Source: Octopus bimaculoides
Taxonomy: Eukaryota
Assembly (NCBI RefSeq): GCF_001194135.2
Contig: NC_068988.1
Coordinates: forward strand, 90,247,738-90,311,737
DNA: 64,000 bases
Direction: 5' to 3'
Shown: in pieces, positions 35,721 through 49,824 of the stretch
How positions within the stretch are numbered: the first letter of the stretch is position 1
Layout: every line of letters begins with the position of its first letter
Notes under the pieces: generated by a model
Databases searched by the model: none
Told to the model about the DNA's origin: nothing
Seen by the model: the letters and a program-made list of their open reading frames with translations, nothing else
Translations under genes and position numbers: made by a program

Positions 35721-38067
35721 CTATTGTTTCTTTTATATATATCTTTAACAATATCTTTGTTACAGCGGGTATCTTAGAAAAAATGAAATTATTAAAGCAT
35801 CAAAGAATGTTCTTTGTCCTTAACACGGCACCTTCTTAGATATATTAACAGTGAAATTGAATTTATAAAGAGATGTCCTTCAAATTAAGCCAGTTTCTTT
35901 TCATTGTTTCTATGGACTACTTCTGAGTGTAAATCTTCATTTTAATGAATATGACACCTGGTTATAAGAGCCTCACTGTCGTGAAAAGTCACCAATCAGA
36001 TAATTTTATAGTTTTCTAGCTTTAATTGTACCTAATTTTCAAAGCTTATCGATAAATTGCTTGATGTTATAGTGGCATGGAAATCCAACTTTCACTAACA
36101 TTCAAGCGTTTTCAACAAATTACAAAAGAAGTTTATTTACGACTTTAATTAAAAGGGTTTTCTCTGGTTTTAACAATAATATTATAGATCCTTTTTTTCA
36201 AATTATACTGCAATCTTATACTGCGATCCTTTGAGCCTTTATGAAAAGCCTGACAAAATGTAACTAAATAATTTCTAAAGTAATTGCTGGTAAATTAATG
36301 ATCAATAAATACTTCCTGGTCAGTAAATTGTGAGGAAATGTTGCAAGCCATGATCATATAGTAGCTCATTATCTTCATCTTGTAAGCTTTTATATGCTAT
36401 ATCTTTAACTGAATAGTAAACAGAGTCGTTTTGAGGATGTTTATATTTACCCAGAAAGTGAATTATTGACATTGAATGAGCTTCTGTCAGAATAAGATAA
36501 ATCACCAGCTGAACACAGAAAGTTTTCGACATATAAAAAACGATCTGAAGAAAACAAAGCGCAAGAAAACCCAGAAATGAATTTCAAAGAAGCATACTTC
36601 AAAAACTAAAGAAAATTTCACTCGTGAAAGGCAAACGAACTTGGATGAGTCAGAAATGTTTAACATTTTAAAGACAAATTTACGTTCAGTGATAAAAGAA
36701 TTGAACAACTTCGAACCTTGATATACAGATAGACATTACCAAAACACTTTTTTAAGTTTGATAATGCTTGCATGATCTATTTCTCAGATGGAGGAATTGC
36801 TCATAGACAATAATTGTCAGTTTGTTGCGGCCACAAAGTTATCTTGAAATGAGTGTAGAATACGGTACCTGTGTTTTCTTTATCATTTTGTGAATAATAT
36901 TGTCAAAACATTTTACATATCTTGGGAGGGTCGTTATGTCAATAGAAAATACAGTTAAGCGCTGGTTCTATTCCACTTTAATCATTATTAGTCAACTAGT
37001 CAACAGTTCAGTGTTTTTAGTGCTCGTCTATGCTTTTTACGTTTTATCCATATTGTGCTTTGCTTACTTGTATGATTTGGTCGATTTGTTGATTTGTTAC
37101 AGTGTTCAAGCAAATGCTTTACGGTATTAGTCCGGTTCCTAAACTTTGAGTTCCAATAAAGCGAAGGACAACACTTTCATCATTTCGGAGTATTTAAAGA
37201 TTGACCTAACGCCAGAATCGATTCTTCTTCCTTTCAATTTTATATCGCTCTCTCCTTCTCCATTTTACCCCATTCTCACCCTCCCCTTCTCTCTCATACA
37301 TACACATACACGCACGCAATTCCTCTCGGAAAGAAATCAACTACATTCAGACCATGAACAGTGATGAATTACTCCAGGCTTTAGACCGTGACATGCTGTA
37401 TATTAAGATGGCATGGACCCTTCAGAAGAAAATGGTAACGCTACATGTGTTGGCTACTTGGCTGAGGAGGAGGGAACTTTTTTATGCGTCGAGTGTCGTT
37501 CACATACTAATTTGAAGAGGGGTTGTGGTTTTACATCGCAGTCAAATTTTCCCCGAGTTGTTGAACTTTTTACGCATCAATCTAAACTCTATCCTCAGAA
37601 AATTATGTTTGTCTTTTCCATTATTTATAGCATTTATATATTTAGCTTCTGTGTTTGTTGATAATTTGTATGGTCATTTTTTTTTTATTTCTTTTTTTTT
37701 TTTAGAAAAGACGATATAACTGATAAATATAAATCTTGTAATGTTGTTATTATTAGTCTACTGGAACGAAACTGCATCACTTATATAATGGCTGACGAGA
37801 TTTCGGCTCTGATTACATCTGGTGCCACTTTACTTCAGCGTGTTTATATATAAACCTGATCGGATATGCGCATGTGCGTTTCTTTGGTTGGTAATTTAGG
37901 TGTATCTGTAAATGTTAGTGTTTCTCTTTTTATAAGTATATGATTTTTCTCATATACGTGAATATGTATGCATACACACACACACACATATATGTATGTA
38001 TGTATGTACGTATGTATGTATGTATTTATGTATGTATGTGTATACGTCTTATATGAATATATATATG

Positions 38068-38102
<35 letters not shown>

Positions 38103-38353
38103 CTATGCATGTATGTATATATATATGTATGTGTGCGTGTGTGTGTGTGTAAGACGTCGGCGTGCATATGCATGTATACGATTAAGCATTTGTATAATCT
38201 CATATATATATATATATAAAATACGTATGGTACGGGAATCTATAAATATAAATATATACAAGCACACACACACATATACGTATTTGTATATATACAAGCA
38301 CATATATGCATGTATGTAGTTGTGTATATATGCGTGTGTGTGTGTAAATATAT

Positions 38354-38369
38354 AGATCGGAAGAGCGTC
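38354..38369 (+). other. Illumina adapter remnant (assembly artefact)
   Basis: AGATCGGAAGAGCGTC is the start of the TruSeq adapter and sits exactly at a contig end before an N-gap. Confidence 0.93.
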
Positions 38370-38432
38370 NNNNNNNNNNNNNNNNNNNNNNNNNNNNNNN
38401 NNNNNNNNNNNNNNNNNNNNNNNNNNNNNNNN

Positions 38433-38466
<34 letters not shown>

Positions 38467-38760
38467 TACACACATAAATAACTATTTTTGTCTACTTGTA
38501 TGCATGTGTATGTGTATATGCGTTATGTGTGTGCATATAACGCACCGGCCATTATCACAACGAATAAATATTTCCAACGTAGCTGGTGCGCTCATATTGA
38601 TTGTAGAATATTCGTATATAATGTAGCATGAAATGTTCGTCAGTTGAAAAGGTTTTATCTATGAGTGAAATAACGAATCACTCAGGCATAACTTGTTAAT
38701 CCTCTCTTTACGTGTTACTCCCATTTGAAATGTTCTACACACACACCTACACACAGATAT

Positions 38761-38796
<36 letters not shown>

Positions 38797-39229
38797 CTTA
38801 TTCACACACGCATGCACTCTGTCATCGATCGAATATTTCCAAACTGATTAAATGGAAGCCATTTATGATTTTCAATACTTTCTCAATGTCGTATATCGAA
38901 CTGTAATATCAATAGATAGACGATAGAATTGGTTTGTAATTGAGCAATATAGTTTAGCATTAGGAGGGATATTTACTTAAAAGCGTTTTAAAAGAACTAG
39001 CTAAGCATCATTTAGCTTTCCACGTTCATGGCTTACTCATATATAGTAAAAGAGCGTAACCTCTCTAGTGGCTAATGTCTAACTGAAAATCTAGCTGTAT
39101 GAATCCATTAATGGCGTTTCGTGCCGTTATAGATCAACAGACGAAGAAATTGTTATCTAAATAGTTTTGTAATATTTCTTCTGAACAAGAAAATACCAAA
39201 AAGAAAAGAAAAGAAAAGAAAAGAAAATT

Positions 39230-39230
39230 G

Positions 39231-39301
<71 letters not shown>

Positions 39302-39401
39302 TATTATTATTATTATTATTATTATTATAATAATAATAATTATAATAATAATAATGATAATAATAATAATAATAATAATAACAATAATAATGATGATGAT
39401 G

Positions 39402-39434
<33 letters not shown>

Positions 39435-39440
39435 ATGATG
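39230..39440. repeat. (TAA)/(TTA)/(TGA) compound microsatellite
   Basis: Direct reading. The strand switches between TAA and TTA within the tract. Confidence 0.95.
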
Positions 39441-39650
39441 ATTTCAATTAAACATATATAAGAATTTTTAGAACGTGTTTCTTTTTGGTTTCAGATAGTT
39501 TCTACCATTTTGATAGTTTCTACCATTTTGTATTACTGCTAAAACTACTACTACTGCTTCTGCTACAGCTGCTGTTACTAATACTACTGCTGTTACTACT
39601 ACTTCTGCTGCTGCAATGTGTTATTGTTGTTGCTGTTGTTGTTGTTCTTT

Positions 39651-39694
<44 letters not shown>

Positions 39695-40321
39695 ACTATG
39701 ATGATGATGATGATGAGGTGGAGCGGAGGAGGCGCGGTGGCGGTGGTGNNNNNNNNNNNNNNNNNNNNNNNNNNNNNNNNNNNNNNNNNNNNNNNNNNNN
39801 NNNNNNNNNNNNNGTGGTGGTGGTGGTGGGGAAGATGAAAATGCAGTAGGTGAAGAGAACAGGTGTTCAGTAATAAAAGATATTTCAGTGAAATACTTAT
39901 ATAACAATATTTTAGCATGAGGTAAAACCTCATATTAAGTTTCCTCTTTCTTGTTACATTTCTTTGCACCGAGGAGCATTATTTCACAGAGGAAATTGTA
40001 TGTATGTCGTTATGTTTATGCTCTCCTTTACTTATTACGGCAACAAAGATATGTGTCGGCTGAGAATCGAAATCGTATCGTATGCTTGACGAAGCAAATA
40101 TTTACTTCTTAGACAACTATTGGGGCAGCTAATTTAATATAACAATGCATTTCTTGGTGTAGATACTTCAACGATCACTTTTTAAGGACAGTATATAAAG
40201 TTATAGAATTTCGGCAAATGCAAGTGAAACGTATAAAAATGATATCTAAGAAAAATAATTCTCATGTGCAAATCACGTAGGAGTACGGGGTTCAATCAAA
40301 TATTATGCAGATACGTGCTCC

Positions 40322-40520
40322 GCATATGCGTGGAGGGCGTGGATTAGTGGTAAGGGATGTTGGACACATGATCACAAGATTGTAGTTTCGATTTTTGACC
40401 TACCTATGCGTTGTTTTCGCAAGCAAAATATTTCATTTCATGCTGTTCCGGTTCGCTCAGGTGGCAAAAACGAGTAATCCTAAAACGAACTGGTGTCACA
40501 TCCACGGCGTAAGTATCTAC
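40322..40520 (+). mobile_element. Degenerate tRNA-derived CORE-like SINE 5' part
   Basis: gtggagggcgtggattagtggtaaggg..gtttcgatt head and gcaagcaaaatatttcatttca..gttcgctcag, similar to revcomp of 42725-42790. Confidence 0.55.
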
Positions 40521-40612
40521 GCAATGAAAACCAGGAAACCAGCTGTGTTTGTTTTGCATATGCATATCAATGTTTTTCAATGAGATAATCGATTTGTGCT
40601 TCTTAATAAGTA

Positions 40613-40650
<38 letters not shown>

Positions 40651-41646
40651 GTGTACATTGTAATAAGCACACAGACTCACCCTCAGAATTTTGTAGAAAT
40701 TAATTGGAACGATAAACACTTCAATGGTCGTAATGTCATAGTTAACCACTCATATGACAGCTGCCGGAGATCTACCACTGAGAATGTACCAAAACACCAG
40801 TGTTTGATAGGCTTCCAGCGTCATTTGAAGTTTGTAGAGGTTTTGTACAGGAAATTTATAATGAGAAGCTATTTCCCGGGACAAAATTGTGCGCAAGTTA
40901 ACAAAGAACATGATTGCAATAAATATACGCATTTGTATTTTTTATATATACATTTTTTAATATATATATATTGCAAGAAGGTGGGTTTTATGGAAATCTG
41001 GTTGGATACTGCGATCTGTATTCCATCAAATAACCCTGGCTAACAGTATTGGGAAATTAGAATTAATATCCATTGACTCTACGGGATGTTCCATACAAAA
41101 GGTGAAACCGAGGAACTTCACCAATTAAATAGTTGGTGATTTTATCACAGAATGTAACAGTAAATGAGGAAGGAACGTCTTCTTGGTTTCCCCTAAAACC
41201 ATTGATACATATCTGGGAAATTCGTAAATTAGACATCAAATAAGCATGTGTGACAAAACCTTGTAATATAGTTTTAATGGCTATCTTATAACTCTAAGTG
41301 AACCAACCATACAAATTTAAACATTAATAACAGAACCAATCAAGCTGGACTGCGTAAAAGGCATAGCACACGTTTTAACGTACCCAAGTAGCGTCTGACG
41401 AGATGACAGCCAGCATCTTCATAACATTAATTAATTACTCTCCGTCTATGTATGCAACAAGATTTTAACGAATAAATTGACAAAATGATTTCACTGGCTA
41501 CTGAAACGATCGAAGCCTTTAATAAAGTTATGTAATACCGTTATTTCCATTTCTTCGTCTGGTCTTTTTAGTATTCATGTGCACGTATATGTATATATAT
41601 GTATGTGTGTGTGTGTGTGTGTGTGTGTATGTATATGTATGTATGT

Positions 41647-41711
<65 letters not shown>

Positions 41712-42535
41712 TGTGTGTGGGTGTGTGTGTGTGTGTGTAAATATGCATACATATACGTATATATATAGATATGTATATATGCATACATATCTATATATAC
41801 GCATGTATATATAACTACATAGGCAAACGTACATATATTTTTAGGTAGACAGAGTATTAGACAGTGAAAAATGCTGTCACAAAGTAAAATGTCTGGTAAG
41901 TTTGTCAGTATCAAAATTGCATTTGACAATCATAAAAAGATCTTGCTTTGAGGAATGAACTCCGTTTAAATAAAAATTTCTTGAATTTTACGTTTCCAGA
42001 TGTCGTTCTTGTAAAATGCAATCGATACTATACAGCTGGTTACAACTACGTAATTTTCATTTAACATATCTCTTCGCCATGATGTAATTAGAACGTCGGA
42101 CAACACGCTGTGTTGTTTGCACGAGCAATAAGTTTATCTCAGACCAGCATCATGTTTAGAATTAATCATATTGAAGAACTTATTTCTTTGAATGTTTTCA
42201 AGTAACTGAAAGTATATTTCATTTCACGTTGATCACGTAATTTCTCGTCTTGGCAATGATTCGTGCATAGAGATAAGATACCTGGATTTGTTCAAAAGGA
42301 GGACTGTTTTAGTATTACATGTATGATTAAATACTGCTTAACGTACATTTTCTCACATACAAATGTACATTTACAATTACACACAATCAATATATGTAGC
42401 GTTGCAATAAATTACTTTCTATCCGGCACACTTGCGTACCGGAGGGTTGCAGAATTTTCCGGATATTTGATCATCACTATTTAAATTAGGGTAGCACCTT
42501 ATAACACTCATTAAACTTCTTATCTCAAACTAAAC

Positions 42536-42850
42536 TGACACTCTGTCGCTCACGACGAGGGTTCCAGTTGATCGAATCAGCGGTACAACCAGCTGGTGAA
42601 ATTAACGTGCATGTGGCTGAGCACTCCACAGACACGCGTACCCTTAACGTAGTTGTCAAGGAGATTCAGCGTGACACAGTATGTGACATGGCTGGGACTT
42701 TGAAATACACGTACTAACTCACTTTTGTCAGCTGAGTGGACTGGAGCAAGGTGAAATAAAGTGTCTTGCTCAAGAACACAACGAGTCGCTGTGAGTTGAA
42801 ATCATGACCTTATAGTCATGAGCCGAATACCCTAAGCGATAAGCAACATG
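42536..42850 (-). mobile_element. SINE: CORE-like centre plus the same 3' tail as the 21501-21890 SINE
   Basis: 42536-42715 matches 21507-21685 (gagggttccagttgatc..gcactccacagacacg.gtaccctt.acgtagt). 42725-42790 matches 49670-49725. Confidence 0.85.
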
Positions 42851-43219
42851 CTTTCACAATTTCTACATATACATGAGTATTAAAAGTGATCTTCAGAATA
42901 TAGTACGAATGTGAGAAACGGAGAGGCACAAAAGAATAGATTAAATAAAGAACAATTTTTATTTCTCTAATACCCTACTGGTATAGAAAATACAGTAACA
43001 AAAATAGACTGTACATTAAGAGGCAACGATCTATTTCAGATACAATAGAAACAATCTTTAAATGACAATGAAATAACAGAAATTTGCAAAAATGTATTTT
43101 ACATTTTTTTTCTTTTTTTTCTTACGGAGCCGGTTGTTTGAGACTTCCGATTATTTTAATATTTGAATGCTGGATTGTAAAATATTTACCATGTATGTGT
43201 GAATATGTATGTGTGAGTA

Positions 43220-43258
<39 letters not shown>

Positions 43259-44620
43259 ACGTGTGTGTGTGTGTGTGTGTGTGTACGTGTGTGTGTGCAC
43301 GTGTGTGCGTGGGCACGTGTGTGTGTGCACGTGTGTGTGNNNNNNNNNNNNNNNNNNNNNNNNNNNNNNNNNNNNNNNNNNNNNNNNNNNNNNNNNNNNN
43401 NNNNNNNNNNNNNNNNNNNNNNNNNNNNNNNNNNNNNNNNNNNNNNNNNNNNNNNNNNNNNNNNNNNNNNNNNNNNNNNNNNNNNNNNNNNNNNNNNNNN
43501 NNNNNNNNNNNNNNNNNNNNNNNNNNNNNNNNNNNNNNNNNNNNNNNNNNNNNNNNNNNNNNNNNNNNNNNNNNNNNNNNNNNNNNNNNNNNNNNNNNNN
43601 NNNNNNNNNNNNNNNNNNNNNNNNNNNNNNNNNNNNNNNNNNNNNNNNNNNNNNNNNNNNNNNNNNNNNNNNNNNNNNNNNNNNNNNNNNNNNNNNNNNN
43701 NNNNNNNNNNNNNNNNNNNNNNNNNNNNNNNNNNNNNNNNNNNNNNNNNNNNNNNNNNNNNNNNNNNNNNNNNNNNNNNNNNNNNNNNNNNNNNNNNNNN
43801 NNNNNNNNNNNNNNNNNNNNNTATATATAATCACACACTGTATATATAGTACTACAACTGATTATAGCTATAAATTAATGTAACATGGCAGCTAAAATTC
43901 TTGATGCAGTAAATCAAGAAGTTTCCATTACTGGATAAGGACAGACTATAAGCTAAAAAGACAAAAACCATAATTTTAAGATTACAATTATTAAAATATA
44001 GGTTATTTTAAGATCTGTATAGATTCAGATCTTTTGAAGCACGGTGTCAAACCATGGCATGCTGTGATATTATTAAACACCATCAGCGATGCAGATATGA
44101 GATTTACAAGAAAATCTAAAAGCGAATAGAAGGATGTGTGTGTGTTTTTTTGTTAATAAATACTGAGTTGCGTTATAACTTACACAAATGACTGTTGTAG
44201 GGGAATAACCAAGGGCGCCAGATGCATGATATTTTAATAGCAAAATAGTGGCTTGTATATTTTATATGAGATAAGCAATCTATGTACTGGCGTATCTATT
44301 ACGTAAATATATGCATAGAGGAATTCATTTCCCATAGAAATGCATCCAGGATTCATCGAATGCACACATACATACAGACAACTGCCATGATAAATTACAT
44401 GCTTATACAGAAAAAAAAACCTTAGATATACTGCACAAAGATGCAAAAATCAACTGGTGCGTATGAGTTACATAGAAAATAATTATATGTAGATATACAT
44501 ACTAACAGAGATAAACATGTATATATGTACGTGCGTGCTTATGTGCCTCTACGTGAGTAGGCATCTATATGCGTATATGTGTATTAACATATATATGTGT
44601 GTACATACCGATTATCATCG

Positions 44621-44692
44621 TGAAGGCGTGTGGCCTAGTGGGTTGGGTGTTTCACTTATGATCGCTAGATCGTGGGTTTGATTCCTGTAGTG
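44621..44692 (+). mobile_element. Isolated SINE tRNA-like head
   Basis: gtgaaggcgtgtggcctagtgggttggg..atcgtgggtttgattcc (box A/B-like). Confidence 0.55.
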
Positions 44693-44817
44693 GTATGTAG
44701 ATTATTTATAAAAGAATCATTATACTATACTTTTGTAGCATGTATTAGTATTGGTTTCGAATGTTGGCACGAGGCCAGGAATTTCGAGGTACATAAATAA
44801 ATATATAGACATATATC

Positions 44818-45345
44818 GGAGGGCACTCACCAAACGAATTGAAGGCATGACTGACCTTGATTACTAGGACCGCCTTAAAGCCTTGAAGCTCTACTCTCTC
44901 CAGCGCCGCCGTGGCCGGTACATCATCTGTACGATGTGGAAAATATACCGCCAGCATTACCCAAACGACCTGAACGTTAGTTTCAAGGTTCATCCAAGGC
45001 TGGGACCACGGACCATACGTCCCCTGCCCAATTCAGGATCACAACATATAGGTGCACTGCGGCATAATTTCTTTTCCTCAACAGACCCTGCCCTGTTTAA
45101 CATTTTCCCGAAAAGAGGAAAAGGTTCCCATCAACTTTAAACGGAGTCTTGACAGATTTCTTCAAGGAATACCAGACAATCCACCCATACATGGATACAA
45201 CTCACTCAATAACAACTCACTACTTGAATGGACCATAAACAAAACATGATTGTAAAAAGGATTTAGATAATCCTATCAGGTGGTGCTATTAAGTCAGACA
45301 TGGCCTGGACCAATCTTTGGTCGAAACATATCTAAGTTTATATAT
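44818..45345 (+). mobile_element. CR1-clade LINE 3' end (RT C-terminus + 3' UTR), 5'-truncated
   Basis: RALTKRIEGMTDLDY*DRLKALKLYSLQRRRGRYIICTMWKI..NFFSSTDPALFNIFP..FKRSLDRFLQGIPDNP matches the CR1 Y.ERL..L.LYSL.RRR..D/Y.I..KI and FK..LD.FL motifs. Confidence 0.88.
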
Positions 45346-45604
45346 ATGTGTATATANNNNNNNNNNNNNNNNNNNNNNNNNNNNNNNNNNNNNNNNNNNN
45401 NNNNNNNNNNNNNNNNNNNNNNNNNNNNNNNNNNNNNNNNNNNNNNNNNNNNNNNNNNNNNNNNNNNNNNNNNNNNNNNNNNNNNNNNNNNNNNNNNNNN
45501 NNNNNNNNNNNNNNNNNNNNNNNNNNNNNNNNNNNNNNNNNNNNNNNNNNNNNNNNNNNNNNNNNNNNNNNNNNNNNNNNNNNNNNNNNNNNNNNNNNNN
45601 NNNN

Positions 45605-45640
<36 letters not shown>

Positions 45641-46494
45641 AATGTGGTTCTTAAAATTGATTTGATAGATCTGGTGCCTCTAAAGTTCAACTTATCCTTG
45701 TATGTGCACATCTATGAGTTTCATTTTGTAGTCCTTTTTTTCTGTTATATTTTACTCTGGCAAAATTGTTTTTGCAGTGACGGTTAAAGGAAGGAAGGCA
45801 TAGATTACCTCGGTTAGGTGTGAACCCAAAGAGCAGTGATTCAAAACAAATACTAGAAACGTGAAACAAGAAACGTTCTGTGAAATGTTCTAACGACTAT
45901 GCCAACTCAATTTGTTCAATTGCACACAATATCGTGATACAAACAGGATATTATAACATTCTTCTTCGCTAATCAATTGACGAAACCTTCTAAATTTGTT
46001 CCATTTATTTCGATTTTCAAAGAAGACCTATAAACAAATCATAGCTTCACTTTACTTTGTAACGTTGCCTAAATATCTTAGTCGACATTTAAGCAACATA
46101 TTTTTTAAAGATCGCATCCAGTTTTATAACGTGCTCCACTCGTTAAAGTTTTAATTCTTGTTTCTGGAAATTTCTAACTCTTATATTCTTCTATAAGGTT
46201 TCGTTCATTATATATGAAGACTGCCACATGTTCTCATTATTCTCCTTTTTAGATAAAATACAAGCTAAAGCGTCAGAAATTATTTCTGCTATTCAATAGC
46301 TGCGTAGACGATGCTAGGTTAGTCTCACATTTATTTAACTTTTAAGAAATGATGGATTTAAGCATTATATCTCCATTTGCTTCAATCATTTCATTATTTA
46401 ACCTAGCAGGATGTCGTATTTTATTTGAAGTTAGACCGTGTACTGATGGAATTGGAAAACATCTGCAGGCTGAAGACTTTAAACGTTTCATATC

Positions 46495-46625
46495 GTGGAG
46501 GCGCAACGGTCCCGTGGTTTGGGCAGCGGACTCGCGGTCGTGGGATCGCGCGGTTTCGATTCCCAGACCAGGCATTGTGAGTGTTTATTGAACAAAAATA
46601 CCTAAAGATCCATGAGGATCCGGCA
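46495..46625 (+). mobile_element. SINE 5' part, same family as 21501-21890
   Basis: gtggaggcgcaa..gcggactcgcggtc..ggtttcgattcccagacc..gtgtttattga..acctaaag. Confidence 0.85.
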
Positions 46626-46706
46626 TCTCAATGTAAGTACACACACAAACACACACAGGGGCGCAAAAACGCACACACACAAACATACACACACGTATAT
46701 ACATGC

Positions 46707-46783
<77 letters not shown>

Positions 46784-46885
46784 TAGATAGATAGGGTTCA
46801 CATTTACAGAAAACGGAAGACGAAGATAGGTAGAATAAAAGCAAGCAGGTGCATTAGCTTAACGCTCGTGAAGAATTGAAAAGTA

Positions 46886-47057
46886 CATTATTTACATTAT
46901 TTACAATTGACGGACATTTGTCCTCATCTTGTTTGTTGTTAACACAACGTTTCGGCTGATATACCCTCCAGCCTTCATCAGGTGTCGTGGGAAAATTTTG
47001 AACCTGGGTTCTCATTCCTAAGGTATTTTTCGATGGTGTTATTACTATTATTATTAT
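46886..47057 (-). mobile_element. Penelope-like terminal fragment carrying a hammerhead motif
   Basis: Second copy at 60208-60345 (+). Contains the CTGATGA..GAAAC core and lies downstream of (TAA)n. PLE assignment is inference from the motif style. Confidence 0.6.
46941..46986 (-). ncRNA. Minimal type I hammerhead ribozyme
   Basis: GACAC-CUGAUGA-A-GGCUG-gagggtatat-CAGCC-GAAAC-GUU-GUGUU: intact core, 5-bp perfect stem II, 5-bp stem I and palindromic AACGUU stem III. Confidence 0.7.
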
Positions 47058-47920
47058 NNNNNNNNNNNNNNNNNNNNNNNNNNNNNNNNNNNNNNNNNNN
47101 NNNNNNNNNNNNNNNNNNNNNNNNNNNNNNNNNNNNNNNNNNNNNNNNNNNNNNNNNNNNNNNNNNNNNNNNNNNNNNNNNNNNNNNNNNNNNNNNNNNN
47201 NNNNNNNNNNNNNNNNNNNNNNNNNNNNNNNNNNNNNNNNNNNNNNNNNNNNNNNNNNNNNNNNNNNNNNNNNNNNNNNNNNNNNNNNNNNNNNNNNNNN
47301 NNNNNNNNNNNNNNNNNNNNNNNNNNNNNNNNNNNNNNNNNNNNNNNNNNNNNNNNNNNNNNNNNNNNNNNNNNNNNNNNNNNNNNNNNNNNNNNNNNNN
47401 NNNNNNNNNNNNNNNNNNNNNNNNNNNNNNNNNNNNNNNNNNNNNNNNNNNNNNNNNNNNNNNNNNNNNNNNNNNNNNNNNNNNNNNNNNNNNNNNNNNN
47501 NNNNNNNNNNNNNNNNNNNNNNNNNNNNNNNNNNNNNNNNNNNNNNNNNNNNNNNNNNNNNNNNNNNNNNNNNNNNNNNNNNNNNNNNNNNNNNNNNNNN
47601 NNNNNNNNNNNNNNNNNNNNNNNNNNNNNNNNNNNNNNNNNNNNNNNNNNNNNNNNNNNNNNNNNNNNNNNNNNNNNNNNNNNNNNNNNNNNNNNNNNNN
47701 NNNNNNNNNNNNNNNNNNNNNNNNNNNNNNNNNNNNNNNNNNNNNNNNNNNNNNNTATATATATATATATACATCGCTCTAAATGACAATGCAATGGCCA
47801 GAGACATTATTCCTTTTATAAGGGTTTTAACCCATTTATCATGTATAAATATACTTTAATACTAGCTTCCTTGGCGATCTACACAACCATCAAACTACGC
47901 ACATAACACACACACGTACG

Positions 47921-47963
<43 letters not shown>

Positions 47964-49454
47964 ACATACGCGCGTGCAGTACAAGCACACATACATACAC
48001 ACTCGTACACATGCACACACACCTAAACAGAACTATTTTGCAGGGTTTAATTTTTGGTATAATCTGGACGTCAGTTCGTTGGCACATTAATGCGAGCAAT
48101 AGTGAACGAAATGAATGAAATTGCATCGTTCTCCAATCAATAGTTAATGGATGGGAAGTATTTTCATGTTCAGATATTGTCCTACGCGTTGCACTTGTTT
48201 ACCTGAGCTTATTTTTCCCCTCCACAGGCACACATATACACGCGCCCGTATACAAACACACACACGTTGCACTCGCACACGTCACATACACAAACACACA
48301 TGATCATACGTACATACATACATACATACATATATATATGTGTGTATGTATATACATACATATATAGATATATATACACGTGCATATGTATATAAGCACA
48401 TACTTGCACTTCGCTGTTTTCGAAGTGTAATTATGAGTGAATCCTTGGATTTAAATAGCGCCGTAAGTTAGTTAAAATATTCCCAGTAGTTTTTGAAAAA
48501 ACCAAATGAAATAAATTTTTACACACCCAACTACACACGTACGCACATACAGATACATGCATTGATACGTACATATATACATACATGCATGCATAGATAC
48601 ATACATACATACAAACCTAACCACACACACAGGCATATATATATATGTATATATATATATGTCGTAGCCTCATTTGCGTTTCATTCTGAATATTTGGAAA
48701 CAATATTCTAGAAGATAGCAATTTCCATGCTGTAAATTAACAATAACAATAATACGCAATATACAAAAAAGAAAAAAATTATTTATGCAGCTCTTAATTT
48801 TCTAAATATAGAAAGCTCATTAAATAAGTAGGTATGAATACAATAATTACATAGCGTATGTGTTTATGGCGTTGTTTTGTCGTTGATTTAATTTGTTAAC
48901 CACAGAGACTTGGCAGTGAAAACTTGGCCGGAAGCAAAATGAAAAATATGGATCATTGAGTGATGATTATTTTTTCATTTTTCATTACTTCTCCCTATTT
49001 GCGTGGGCTTGGCTTATGTTTCGATTTATGGTTGTTGGTTGAGTTGGAAGTGGTGTTATAATTAACGTGGTGGTATTCATGTGAATTGTGGTGTCGGTGG
49101 TGTTGATGGTGATTACGTGACGACGGTTTATCATGACTGTAGCTATGGTTGTGATTGTTCTTGTACTTGTAATAGCCTTTAGCGGTGATTCAGACACTTG
49201 CTTCGTTTGTTGGCGTTAGTCGTCATCGTGGTTGTAAGTTTATTTCTTTTCATTTTTTGTTAAAGCTGGTCATGGTGCTCGATTTGGTGTTGATGTCGGA
49301 CGTGTTGTTGGTCTTGGTGCTCATGATAATGTTCTCAGTGTAGTGTTGCTTGTGGCTGTTATTATTATACACACACACACACACACACGATCTTTGTTTT
49401 GTCGTTTCTTGTCCATGATGTTTTCACTTAATGTAAACCATTTGTGGTTAATAC

Positions 49455-49790
49455 AGAAATTATCCTCATGATCATCATCATCATCATTATGATGACCATG
49501 GGATTGCACCTAGAAAGTTACCCTCCCAGGCACAAGTCCGGGCAAGGCTGTTTATGGAAGATCGGCAGAAGCCCATCCATACCGGCCTCCCCTCTTACGC
49601 CACCAATATTATCCAAGGGACAGGCAAAGGGGCCGATACAGCTTGGCACCTGTGACATAGCAATTCATTTCTACAGCTGAGTGAACTGGATCAGTGTGAA
49701 ATAAAGTGTCTTGCCCAAAAACACAACACGCAGCCCGGTCCGGGATTCGAACTCACAACCTCACGATCGTAAGCTCGACGCTCTAACCAC
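49455..49790 (-). mobile_element. tRNA-derived CORE-like SINE with a distinct tail ending (GAT)n
   Basis: Head agtggttagagcg..gagttcgaatcccgg and CORE-like ttgggcaagacactttatttcac..ccagttcactcagctg. The tail differs from that of the 42.5 kb copy. Confidence 0.85.

Positions 49791-49823
<33 letters not shown>

Positions 49824-49824
<1 letters not shown>

Noticed and set aside
37413-37661. 82-aa ORF with a CxxC..H motif
   Set aside because: The spacing does not fit a zinc finger, and there is no recognisable homology or splice support.
45308-45328. Hammerhead-like stem + GAAAC at the CR1 3' end
   Set aside because: There is no CUGANGA upstream; better explained as a LINE 3' stem-loop.
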